Shown: positions 1 through 8,932 of the stretch, one piece after another
Layout of the letters: every line of letters starts with the position of its first letter
Position numbering within the stretch: position 1 is the first letter of the stretch
Assembly: GCF_000328765.2 (NCBI RefSeq)
Contig: NC_019954.2
Coordinates: 1,624,516 to 1,656,515, forward strand
Origin: Tepidanaerobacter acetatoxydans Re1
GTDB lineage: Bacteria > Bacillota > Thermosediminibacteria > Thermosediminibacterales > Tepidanaerobacteraceae
Length of the DNA stretch: 32,000 bases
Direction: 5' to 3'
Made by a program: the position numbers and the translations under genes
Notes under the pieces: model-generated
What the model was told of the DNA's origin: nothing
The model's input: the letters and a program-made list of their open reading frames with translations, nothing else
The model's database searches: none

Positions 1-794
1 CCTATTTCGAATATGTCCCTAACTTTGACACCCGGCTTTGTCGCTGTTATAAATGCCGTATCAACACACAGCACTGCTTGATGTCGCTTTCTTAAATCTT
101 CGGATACTTTTCCAAAATGCACTAGACGAGTAATAGATGCCATGAGGCCATATTTATGACCGGAGATCGCAAGCAATACGTACTTTTCAATAGGCTTTTT
201 TGTAGGCAGGGGATGTCGGCAATTATAAGCCCGTTCATCCGCACCCACAAGATTTACGAAAGGATAAAAATCATTCCCTGCCGAGACCTTCTTTATCATG
301 CTTGCTACTTCTAATTCAGTATCGCCCGGTTTTATACTAAAGGCTACCTGCTCCAAAATTTTCGAAGCACATTTTCCGGTCTCCAGATACCTTTCTTGTT
401 CCTCTGGAAGTAGTTCCCATCTCAATTCGGAAAATTTATCGCCTATTTGAGAATCGGTATAAATGCTGCTACTCCCAATTATTTCCTTCAAGGTATCATC
501 ATATGATCCGGGTTCCCACCAAGGATATTCTGCAACTTCTATTGGAAGGCCATCCAGCTCCTCGTTTTTTAATCTCTGAGCCTCGATATTACTTGAAAGT
601 AGATATATTTTATCATAAGTTACCAATAAATCGGCACAGGATTTAGGTGATGTAATATTTACGTAAGGCCTGCCGCCTGTTAACCATAAAAAATTTATCG
701 GTTCACTGATTAATAGATTTGATGTTCCAACTTCGTTCATGAGAGCACGGACCCTCTGAACTTTTATCTCAAATTCTGCCATTGACCAACTCAA
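1..794 (-). CDS. M24-fold (Xaa-Pro peptidase/creatinase-like) protein, 3'-truncated by window edge
   Basis: Manual minus-strand translation is open from TTG 794 to the edge (MSWSMAEFEIKVQRVRALMNEVGTSNLLISEPINFLWLTGGRPYVNI...VLLAISGHKYGLMASITRLVHFGKVSEDLRKRHQAVLCVDTAF...). SD GAGGGAGG lies about 7 nt upstream of the TTG; ATG 782 is an alternative start. Architecture resembles creatinase N-domain plus M24 domain. Not in the supplied ORF track. Confidence 0.8.
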   Translation of the reverse strand, partial: MSWSMAEFEIKVQRVRALMNEVGTSNLLISEPINFLWLTGGRPYVNITSPKSCADLLVTYDKIYLLSSNIEAQRLKNEELDGLPIEVAEYPWWEPGSYDDTLKEIIGSSSIYTDSQIGDKFSELRWELLPEEQERYLETGKCASKILEQVAFSIKPGDTELEVASMIKKVSAGNDFYPFVNLVGADERAYNCRHPLPTKKPIEKYVLLAISGHKYGLMASITRLVHFGKVSEDLRKRHQAVLCVDTAFITATKPGVKVRDIFEI

Positions 795-969
795 TAATTT
801 GCCTCCCTCTATAATCTTTAAGTTTTCTTTAACTATCTACCTAATTGTTAGATTTTTACATACCAAAAGCAGGCCTTATATATAACATCGGACCGATATG
901 GTTGAGATTTTGTAAAAGGGGTAGCTTTAATGCAACCACATCCTTTTTAATTTATATAAACTTGTTCAA

Positions 970-2259
970 TTAATTCCCCATCATTAAATTCGGAAGAAAC
1001 ATAGTTATAGCCGGAACATAAGTTACCAGGAGTAAAACAGCAATCATAACTACATAGAATGGAATTAAGGCTTTAGTAAGTTCTTCGACGCTAATATCGC
1101 CGACAGCACACCCAACAAAAAGAGCGCTCCCTACAGGAGGTGTCATTAAACCAATGGCAAGGTTTAGCATCATTAAAATTCCAAAATGAATCGGATCTAT
1201 ACCTACATTTGTTACTACAGGCAGTAATATAGGTGTAGCAATTAAAATCAGCGGTGCCATATCCATAATCATACCTAAAAAGAGAAGTAATAGGTTAATT
1301 ATTAGTAAAATCACATATTTATTAGAAGACAGAGATAATAAAACCTCAGTAGCAAGAGCAGGAACCTTCAAATATGCAAGCATCCAGCCGAAAGCGCTGG
1401 AAGAAGCTATAAGCGCTATTACAATAGCTAAAGTCTGTAAGCTATCAATTAAAACGTTTTTGAAAACTTTTATGGGTACTTTATATACGAGAAAAGTTAC
1501 TATAAAAGCATAAACTGCTGCTATAGCTGCAGATTCTGTAGCGGTGTACAGACCTGTTACTACACCTACAACTATTATTAGAGCAGTAACAAGACCTAAA
1601 AATGCATCTCTTGTTATTATAAGAGCTTCTCTGAACGGAACCGGTCTTTCTGCAGGGTAGCCTCTTTTTACCGCAACTATATAAGTATATATCAGTAAGG
1701 CAACGCTCAATGTTAGACCTGGCACTATACCTCCTAAAAAAAGTTTGCCTACCGATACGCCTCCGGCTGCCAACGAATAAATAATCATATTATGGCTTGG
1801 AGGAATTAAGACTGCTTGAGCCGAAGTAGCAACAGTTATCGCAACTGAGTAATCGTTGTCGTAACCTTTTTCACGCATCATCGGAATCATAATGGAGCCA
1901 AGAGAAGAAATGTCAGCTACGGCAGAACCAGATATCCCGCCAAAAAATGTGCTATCTAACACATTTACCATAGCTAATCCTCCCCTTACACGTCCAACAA
2001 GAACATCTGCAAACTTAATAAGTTGTTTTGATATGCCGCCTTGACCCATGATTTCTCCTGCTAAAATGAAAAAAGGGATACTCAGTAGTGAGAAGGAATT
2101 TATCCCCCTTACTAGAGCTTGTGCCATCATAGCCACAGGTACACCTACATAATAGGCAGTGGCAACCGAAGAAATCCCCAAAGCAAAAGCTATAGGTATT
2201 TTGAGTAACATTAATGTGATGAAACTACCTAAAAGTAAAGTAATTGCTGGAATATCCAT
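970..2259 (-). CDS. dctM: TRAP transporter large permease, DctM-like
   Basis: 429-aa multi-TM protein with DctM-type sequence (SLLSIPFFILAGEIMGQGGISKQLIKFADVLVGRVRGG..., LNLAIGLMTPPVGSALFVG). Confidence 0.95.
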   Translation of the reverse strand: MDIPAITLLLGSFITLMLLKIPIAFALGISSVATAYYVGVPVAMMAQALVRGINSFSLLSIPFFILAGEIMGQGGISKQLIKFADVLVGRVRGGLAMVNVLDSTFFGGISGSAVADISSLGSIMIPMMREKGYDNDYSVAITVATSAQAVLIPPSHNMIIYSLAAGGVSVGKLFLGGIVPGLTLSVALLIYTYIVAVKRGYPAERPVPFREALIITRDAFLGLVTALIIVVGVVTGLYTATESAAIAAVYAFIVTFLVYKVPIKVFKNVLIDSLQTLAIVIALIASSSAFGWMLAYLKVPALATEVLLSLSSNKYVILLIINLLLLFLGMIMDMAPLILIATPILLPVVTNVGIDPIHFGILMMLNLAIGLMTPPVGSALFVGCAVGDISVEELTKALIPFYVVMIAVLLLVTYVPAITMFLPNLMMGN

Positions 2260-2263
2260 GATT

Positions 2264-2749
2264 TTATATGGTCTCCTCCCTCGTTTTATCTTTAATAAAA
2301 GAAGTTATAGTATAATAAACCATTGCTATCCCACCCAGCGTAACTGGGATATATAGAAAAGAAGAATTTAACTTTAATCCTGGCATATAATTTTTTGTTG
2401 CTACCTTGCTCATGTTAAAGCCTTCTACAATCATGAAAACTGAAAATGCAAAAATCAGAATTCTTTTTAATATGACTAGAAAACGCTCTTGAGCAGGGGT
2501 TAGGAACTTATCAATGACCTGGATAGCAATATGCGTATCATCTCTTACACCTAGAGCTATGCTTAAAAAACCAAACCATACCATACAAAGTAAAGCACTT
2601 TCTTCACCCCAAGCCGGAGTCTTACCTAAAAAGTAGCGGGTAAAAACAACCCAGGAAACAATGATTGTCATTAATACCAATAAGACCATGCCGAAATATT
2701 CTACGAATTTATTAAAATACTCATCAATTTTTTTAAACAAGTCCTCCAC
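2264..2749 (-). CDS. dctQ: TRAP transporter small permease, DctQ-like
   Basis: Four-TM DctQ-type protein (TRYFLGKTPAWGEESALLCMVWFGFLSIALGVRDDTHIAIQV). The ORF-track start at 2797 would run through an 11-bp inverted repeat, so GTG 2749 or TTG 2740 after GGAG-type SDs looks more likely. Confidence 0.88.
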   Translation of the reverse strand: MEDLFKKIDEYFNKFVEYFGMVLLVLMTIIVSWVVFTRYFLGKTPAWGEESALLCMVWFGFLSIALGVRDDTHIAIQVIDKFLTPAQERFLVILKRILIFAFSVFMIVEGFNMSKVATKNYMPGLKLNSSFLYIPVTLGGIAMVYYTITSFIKDKTREETI

Positions 2750-2761
2750 TCTCCTATTATT

Positions 2762-2788
2762 TTGCCGCCGATTTAAGATCGGCGGCAA
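2762..2788 (-). promoter_or_regulatory. Perfect 11-bp inverted repeat / RNA hairpin between dctP and dctQM
   Basis: TTGCCGCCGAT-TTAAG-ATCGGCGGCAA; no strong U-tract after it on the minus strand. Confidence 0.75.
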
Positions 2789-2812
2789 CTTATGCATGTT
2801 ATCGGAGCCTAT

Positions 2813-3853
2813 TTATTTTGCTGCCTTAATCTCTTCTATCAGATCTTTGTAGTCGGCACCAAACTTCTCATAAAGCGGTGCAACAGCATCTTGCCAAGGT
2901 TTAAAATCTTCAACTTCAGTTATGATGTTGCCGTTTGCTTTAACTTTTGCTATGGATTTTTCTTCATATTCTTTCCATGCTTTTCTTTGAACATCTTGAG
3001 ATGCCCTAGCTGCTTCTTTAATAATGGCCTTATCTTCATCGCTCAGTTTATCCCATGTAGCTTTAGAAGCAACAACAACTTCCGGAGTCATTGTATGTTG
3101 GTCCATAGTAAAATATTTGGCAACTTCATAGTGTGAACTGGAATCATAGCTGGGCCAATTGTTTTCGGCACCATGTATAACACCGGTCTGAATGGCACTG
3201 TATACTTCGCCGTATGGCATAGGAGTTGCTGAGGCTCCGACAGCTTCAACCAAACCTACCATTAACTCTGATTGCTGAACACGAATTTTTAAGCCTTTCA
3301 TATCTTCAGGGGTTTTTACCTCTCTCTTACTGTTGTAAAAATTTCTGGTTCCAGAGTCATAATATGTTAAGCCGATCATATCAGACTCTTCCAAGGTATC
3401 AAGTATTTCTTCACCAATAGGTCCGTTAAGCACTTTCCATAGATGGTCTTCATTTTCAAATAGATACGGAAGTGATAGCACCCTAAGTGTCTTTGCAAAG
3501 TCGGATAACGGCTGGGCATTGACTCTTGCAAAATCTAAGCCACCCATTTGGATAGCTTCGATTACACTTTTTTCATCTCCAAGCTGGCCTCCTGCATAAA
3601 CTTCAATCTTGATTCTGCCATTTGTCTTCTCTTCAACAATTCTTGCCATTTCCTTATCGCCGATAGTTGTAGGATAATCCTCCGGCTGATTCTCTGCAAG
3701 TTTTAGCACTATAGGTTCTTGGGCAACTTCTCCCTGTTTATCGCTATTTTGGTCGGTCTCGGACCCATTTTGGCCGCAGCCGCTAAGCGATAAAACTAAT
3801 ACTATCAAACACACAGTCAGTAAAACAAACTTTTTCGAGCGAAACAACGACAT
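2813..3853 (-). CDS. dctP: TRAP transporter solute-binding lipoprotein, DctP family
   Basis: Lipobox LSLSGCGQ, DctP-family sequence (LAENQPEDYPTTIGDKEMARIVEEKTNGRIKIEVYAGGQLGDEK; YYDSGTRNFYNSKREVKTPEDMKGLKIRVQQS; HGAENNWPSY). Confidence 0.95.
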   Translation of the reverse strand: MSLFRSKKFVLLTVCLIVLVLSLSGCGQNGSETDQNSDKQGEVAQEPIVLKLAENQPEDYPTTIGDKEMARIVEEKTNGRIKIEVYAGGQLGDEKSVIEAIQMGGLDFARVNAQPLSDFAKTLRVLSLPYLFENEDHLWKVLNGPIGEEILDTLEESDMIGLTYYDSGTRNFYNSKREVKTPEDMKGLKIRVQQSELMVGLVEAVGASATPMPYGEVYSAIQTGVIHGAENNWPSYDSSSHYEVAKYFTMDQHTMTPEVVVASKATWDKLSDEDKAIIKEAARASQDVQRKAWKEYEEKSIAKVKANGNIITEVEDFKPWQDAVAPLYEKFGADYKDLIEEIKAAK

Positions 3854-3960
3854 AATACACCCTCCATTTTTTTAATTTTAAGACAAGCTACTCTATAACA
3901 GATTCCTGTGACTAAGCTATAGGCTCACCCCTTTACTTAAATAATTTACTTAATTTATTT

Positions 3961-5220
3961 CTATTCATATGAAGCTTGTTGTACATCTTCAAGCATATCT
4001 GAATTCGATTTAAATAAATGCTTTAACACTAAGGCGCACGCTCCCATTACTCCGGATTTATCTTTAAGCGTTGAAATTTCTATATCTGTAGAAAGCACTA
4101 TTTCAGGAAATGCATGAGTATCAATGTTTTGCTTTATAACATCCATGAAATAGTCTGCTACTACTGACATTTTCCCACCGATAAAAACTATTTTGGGATT
4201 ATAAAAGTTTATAACATTGGCTATCGCTTTACCTACATATACAGACATTTGCCTTAAAAGTTCCCAAGAATATGAATCTTTAATACATGCAGACTTTATT
4301 ATATCTTCTATAGATATTTCATTATTAGCCAACCAAGCCTTTTTTAATGCATCATCATCAGGTATTACAGGCAACTCCGACTTGGCTTGCCTTACCAATG
4401 CCGGGATGCCGCATATGCTTTCCAGGCATCCTCGGTTTCCGCAATTGCACAGAGGACCATCTTCCTGTATTGACATATGACCGATTTCGCCCGCATGACC
4501 TTGAGCCCCTTGCAGTACTCGATCATTAATCACAATCCCTGCGCTTATGCCTTCACCTAAATTAATATACACTAAATCCTTACAATCAGCTCCTCCTCCA
4601 AACCATCGTTCGGCCAGAGCCGATGCATTGGAATTGTTTTCTATAAAAACCGGTAGTTCAAGCTCGTTTTCTAAAATCTCCTTTACCGGGAAATTATTCC
4701 AGCTTGAACCTAAGTTGATTGAACGTTTAACACTGCCTTCGCAAATATTCAGCAGACCAGGAAAAGCCACCCCAACTCCGAGAAAAGTTTTCTTAATATA
4801 TCTTTCTTCATCCATAATCTTTTTTATTTCAGCTGACAACTGCTTTATGCCTATTTCAGGCTCAGTCATATCGATGTTTAACGTTCTAAAATCTGTGGGA
4901 GGGTTTTTTAAATCCGCTGTACCTGTAAAAGACTCAAACCTTGTAACTTCAACGCCCATAACGTATCCTGCATCAGGATTAAAACGCAGCTTAACCGGTC
5001 GCCGACCTCCTCTGGATTTGTCAAGACCCACCTCCTTTACAATTCCCATATCCAGTAATTCACGAACTATACCTGTTATAGTCGGAGGGGTCAGGCCTGT
5101 AACTTTTGCAAGCTGCTGGCGTGATATAGGTTCATGTTTTTTTATTGTATTTATAACTGACATTCTATTCAGTTTTTTTACATATTTACTATTACCTGGT
5201 TCTTTTGCCAAATATATCAC
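3961..5220 (-). CDS. ROK family transcriptional regulator (NagC/XylR type)
   Basis: N-terminal wHTH ([32 protein letters not shown]), ROK domain with [11 protein letters not shown] and zinc motif [28 protein letters not shown]. Confidence 0.94.
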   Translation of the reverse strand: [419 protein letters not shown]

Positions 5221-5408
5221 CCTTATCTCTGCATCTTAAAATCATACTTATTTAAATTAATTAACTATCTTTTTATAATATATTCGCCGTAAAATTATAA
5301 AATCCTCTTTTCTGAAAAACTTTTTTAGTATTTATTTTATGATAAGTATTTCACCACTGGCATTTTCTTTGCTTTTAAAGGTTTTTGCGGTTTTTCTATT
5401 TAGAAATT

Positions 5409-6476
5409 CTAATTAAATCCATTCCTGATACCTTCGTTTAAAAACAAACTGTCCGGTAAAGGCAGTTTGACAGGCTTACCGGAAAGAGATGATTTGTATA
5501 TTGCCAAGATTATCTCTAAGGATTTTCTGCCCTCTTTGCCGTCTACTCCTATATCCGACCCGGTTCGGATTGCCTCAACCATTTCTTCAAATTGCCTCTT
5601 ATGGTTTTCAAATAAAACAGCGGGACTGTTCGCACCAGTTCCCTGTTTTTCTGTTTTACCGGCTATATCTTCACCGCCTATTATGTGAAGACCTGTTATA
5701 GCATCGTTTTCTATAACCATAGTCCCATTAGAGCCGTATATATCTATTCTGGACATTAAACCTGGATATGCATTAGTAGTAGCTTCAATAATTCCAAAAA
5801 CACCATTGGCAAATTTTAAGTTTGCTACTGCTAAATCTTCTACTTCAATTTTGTGATTAAATGTGCCGCAATTTGCAAAAACTTCCTGTACTGGACCTAG
5901 AAAATGTTGTAAAAGATCGATATAATGGATGGCTTGATTCATCAGGACACCCCCTCCATCCAATTTCCATGTTCCTCGCCAATCGGCACTGTCATAATAT
6001 TGTTGACTTCTGTACCATTTTATATAACAGCCCCCGAAACAAATATTGCCTAATTTTCCTTCATTAACTATTCTTTTAGCTGTTAGCATGTCTTTTTCAT
6101 ATCTTCGCTGAAAAACTACACATAATTTTAATTTATTCTTTTCAAAAGTTTTTATCATTTCATCAGCTTTTTCCAGAGTGACATCCATTGGTTTTTCAAC
6201 AATAACATGCTTACCGCTTCTAGCCGCTTCAACTGCCATATCTGCGTGAAGACCGCTGGGAGTGCAAATATTTATTACATCAATATCTGGCCTTTTTAAC
6301 ATCTTGCTAAAATCCGTATAGAAATCACATCCATATTTAGCGGCAAACTCCTTGGCTCTGCCAACACTCCTCGATGAAACAGCAACTAATTTTGCATCTT
6401 CTATGTGGGATATGGCAAGTGCATGCGTATCTGCTATAGCACCGCAACCTGCTATTGCAAATCGTATTTTCTCCAT
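5409..6476 (-). CDS. Gfo/Idh/MocA family oxidoreductase
   Basis: N-terminal Rossmann fold (IRFAIAGCGAIADTHALAISHIEDAKLVAVSSRS), signature VEKPMDVTLEKADEMI, and Gfo/Idh C-terminal domain (DWRGTWKLDGGGVLMNQAIHYIDLLQHFLGPV). Confidence 0.95.
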   Translation of the reverse strand: MEKIRFAIAGCGAIADTHALAISHIEDAKLVAVSSRSVGRAKEFAAKYGCDFYTDFSKMLKRPDIDVINICTPSGLHADMAVEAARSGKHVIVEKPMDVTLEKADEMIKTFEKNKLKLCVVFQRRYEKDMLTAKRIVNEGKLGNICFGGCYIKWYRSQQYYDSADWRGTWKLDGGGVLMNQAIHYIDLLQHFLGPVQEVFANCGTFNHKIEVEDLAVANLKFANGVFGIIEATTNAYPGLMSRIDIYGSNGTMVIENDAITGLHIIGGEDIAGKTEKQGTGANSPAVLFENHKRQFEEMVEAIRTGSDIGVDGKEGRKSLEIILAIYKSSLSGKPVKLPLPDSLFLNEGIRNGFN

Positions 6477-6601
6477 TCGATAGACCTCCTTGTGCTTGGA
6501 TAATTAAATGACTTTAATAAGTATATATTCTATAAAATATCGAAAATTCCTTTATTAATGTCATCAGTTACTTAATTTGGAGAAATGAAACCGTTTAATC
6601 A

Positions 6602-6638
6602 TAAAAAAAGAGCACCAAAACTTTTTTTGGCATGCTCT
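6602..6638 (-). terminator. Rho-independent terminator of the racemase/dehydrogenase operon
   Basis: Minus strand AGAGCATGCCAAAA-AAAG-TTTTGGTGCTCT followed by TTTTTTT. Confidence 0.85.
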
Positions 6639-6694
6639 CCTTATATAAACAGTTTTACTTTTATTAGCCGCCTACAGTATAATCAACATTATTT

Positions 6695-7423
6695 TTAAAA
6701 AAAATTAGCTGTTAATCTAAGTGAGTTATAAACATAATTTGTCAGGGTGATGATATCAAAGACCGGTAACTGCACCGCTTCTTGTACGGCATTTCTAAAC
6801 GGCGGCATGTTCGTACATTCAAAAACTATTGCACCTATATCGGGATTCTCACTTACCATGGTTTGTGCAACCTTAATCATTTCTTGTTCAGCTTTTGAAA
6901 TGTTAAGAGTTGTTTTCTGGTTTAGAAAAACAGCAGGGAATTCCTCCTCTTTTTCCATACCGTAAACCACTGTAGGAACATCGGCAGCTCCTGCTCCTTT
7001 AAAATGCAGTTTCGTAAGATGAGGCTTACTGGCAGTCATTATCCCAACACTCTGACCCTTTCTCAGCATCCGGTAAACCATGGAAACTTGAAGAAGACTG
7101 GAACTAAATACCGGAATATTTACTGCATCGGCTAGATATTCTTGGAAAATAGCCAAAAAACCGCAGCTTGTAGTAATAGCGGATACGCCCTCTCGTTCTA
7201 GTTCTTTTGCAGCTTCAATAAATGGTTGAACTAGCGATAAGTCGGCATCTTTTACTACTTTTTGAGAAGTAGCACCAACTACCTTTTTATATCTGACCGG
7301 AAAACAAAAAGTACCTGCATTGCCTATATCTCCGCAAATCCGAGGAAATTTCGTATCAAGCATGAGTATGCCAATGATTTCACCGTAGTTGGTTCTGCCG
7401 CCATTGACAATCATGTCAAACAT
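6695..7423 (-). CDS. Aspartate/glutamate/hydantoin racemase-superfamily protein
   Basis: Two cysteine active-site-like motifs, AITTSCGFLAIFQ and IVFECTNMPPF. Last gene of the operon. Confidence 0.8.
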   Translation of the reverse strand: MFDMIVNGGRTNYGEIIGILMLDTKFPRICGDIGNAGTFCFPVRYKKVVGATSQKVVKDADLSLVQPFIEAAKELEREGVSAITTSCGFLAIFQEYLADAVNIPVFSSSLLQVSMVYRMLRKGQSVGIMTASKPHLTKLHFKGAGAADVPTVVYGMEKEEEFPAVFLNQKTTLNISKAEQEMIKVAQTMVSENPDIGAIVFECTNMPPFRNAVQEAVQLPVFDIITLTNYVYNSLRLTANFF

Positions 7424-7476
7424 GTCATTTCTCCTTTATCGATTTGTATCTATTTATTATACCTGATAGTCTTTAT

Positions 7477-8670
7477 TTACACTGCATTTTCATTACCTAG
7501 CAAAGGCCCAAACCTTGAAGGGCTTAATTCGCTTACATCCATAAATGTTTTGCCTTCTGTAATCAAGTCAGAAATAATCTTTCCTGTAACCGGAGAAAGT
7601 GCTATCCCGTCGCCCTCATGCCCAGCAGCCATTATAAAGCCTTGTACATTTTCAACAGGTCCTAATAGCGGCAGTCCGTCAGGAGTATAAGGTCTAAGAC
7701 CTGCAAAAGACCTGATAGCATGAATATTTCTTAAGGCAGGTACTAAACGCACAGCATTGTTCACAATGGCATGAAGTGCTTCATGAGTAGTATTTTTATT
7801 ATAACCTACAAACTCACGGGTAGAACCTATTAATATCTGTCCATCACGTGTCTGACTCAGTGAAAGACCTACTCCAAGCCGGGTTTCTGGATTATCCGAT
7901 TCTTTTAGTATATTTGGATTATATTTTGCTGCTATGTATTTTGCGCAAAGCACATCCGCCATAACCAGTTTCGGTACAGACTCCGTCACAATTATCTGAC
8001 CCCTTCTGGGTTTTATGGGAAGTGAAAGGCCCACCATTTCGCCGATGAATGGAGCATAAACCCCAGCTGCATTTATAATTATATTTGTTTTTATTTCTCC
8101 TCTATTAGTAATAACTGACTTTACTTTACTATTTTCTGCTCTTATGTCTAAAACCGAAGTGCCAAGATATACTTTTGCACCTAATCTCTTTGCAGCTCGA
8201 GAAAATGCGAAACAGAGCCGCATTGGGTTTACATGAGCATCCAGCAAGCTATATGTAGCTCCCACTAAATGCGGTGAAAGCCCGGGTTGAATCTTCGATG
8301 CTTCCTTAAGGCTTAGAAGTTTAACTTCAAGACCGATCTCTTTTTGCCGTCTTACAAAATCCTTCATAACTTTTAGTTGGTCTTCATTTTCGATTAAAAT
8401 CATACCACCGGTAGCTTTGTATTCTATATCAAAGTCCAGTTCATCTGCTAAAGTTTTATACATTTTTGCGCTTTCCATAGCAAGCTGTAAGTGGATACCC
8501 GGGTTTTTAGATTGCAAAATTATATCTATATCACAAGCTCCTGAAGAACCTGATGCCAAGTCGTCTTTTTCAAGAAGAATTATTTCCATACCCTTCTTTG
8601 ATAGGTAGTATGCTATAGAAGTGCCTATTACACCACCGCCTGCAACTACTGCATCAGCGTTTTTCTTCAC
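7477..8670 (-). CDS. FAD-dependent oxidoreductase, DAO family (catalytic subunit of amino/imino-acid dehydrogenase, HcnC/PDH-beta-like)
   Basis: Dinucleotide-binding motif ADAVVAGGGVIGTSIAYYLSKKGMEIILLEKDDLASGSSG; C-terminal RPYTPDGLPLLGPVENVQGFIMAAGHEGDGIALSPVTGKIISDLI. Confidence 0.93.
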   Translation of the reverse strand: MKKNADAVVAGGGVIGTSIAYYLSKKGMEIILLEKDDLASGSSGACDIDIILQSKNPGIHLQLAMESAKMYKTLADELDFDIEYKATGGMILIENEDQLKVMKDFVRRQKEIGLEVKLLSLKEASKIQPGLSPHLVGATYSLLDAHVNPMRLCFAFSRAAKRLGAKVYLGTSVLDIRAENSKVKSVITNRGEIKTNIIINAAGVYAPFIGEMVGLSLPIKPRRGQIIVTESVPKLVMADVLCAKYIAAKYNPNILKESDNPETRLGVGLSLSQTRDGQILIGSTREFVGYNKNTTHEALHAIVNNAVRLVPALRNIHAIRSFAGLRPYTPDGLPLLGPVENVQGFIMAAGHEGDGIALSPVTGKIISDLITEGKTFMDVSELSPSRFGPLLGNENAV

Positions 8671-8930
8671 TCATCTTCCTCCTCCGCGATTTCTCCGATT
8701 TTTATAGCACGTACCGGAGGTCTGGAGGTGGGGGGTTTTATTTCAGCCGGATCCTCAACCTTTGCCAGCATTTGAGTAACCAAGCGCTGGCAAGTTCTAC
8801 CCTGACACAGACCCATACCGGCACGAGTTCTGCGCTTAACTCCGGCTAAAGTTGTAGCTCCATCATCAATAGCCTCTTGAATTTCTTTCCTCGTGACTTC
8901 TTCACAACGACAAATATATTCTTCATTCAT
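8667..8930 (-). CDS. Small BFD-like [2Fe-2S]-binding protein
   Basis: CRCEEVTRKEI...CQGRTC pattern typical of BFD-like [2Fe-2S] domains; 4-nt overlap with the next gene. Confidence 0.88.
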   Translation of the reverse strand: MNEEYICRCEEVTRKEIQEAIDDGATTLAGVKRRTRAGMGLCQGRTCQRLVTQMLAKVEDPAEIKPPTSRPPVRAIKIGEIAEEEDE

Positions 8931-8932
8931 TA

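Noticed and set aside
4547-5239. Plus-strand 230-aa ORF
   Set aside because: Fully antisense to the ROK regulator, no recognisable domain, and the opposite strand carries conserved HTH and ROK motifs.
7262-7690. Plus-strand 142-aa ORF
   Set aside because: Antisense across the racemase/DAO-oxidoreductase junction, with no domain and low-complexity composition.
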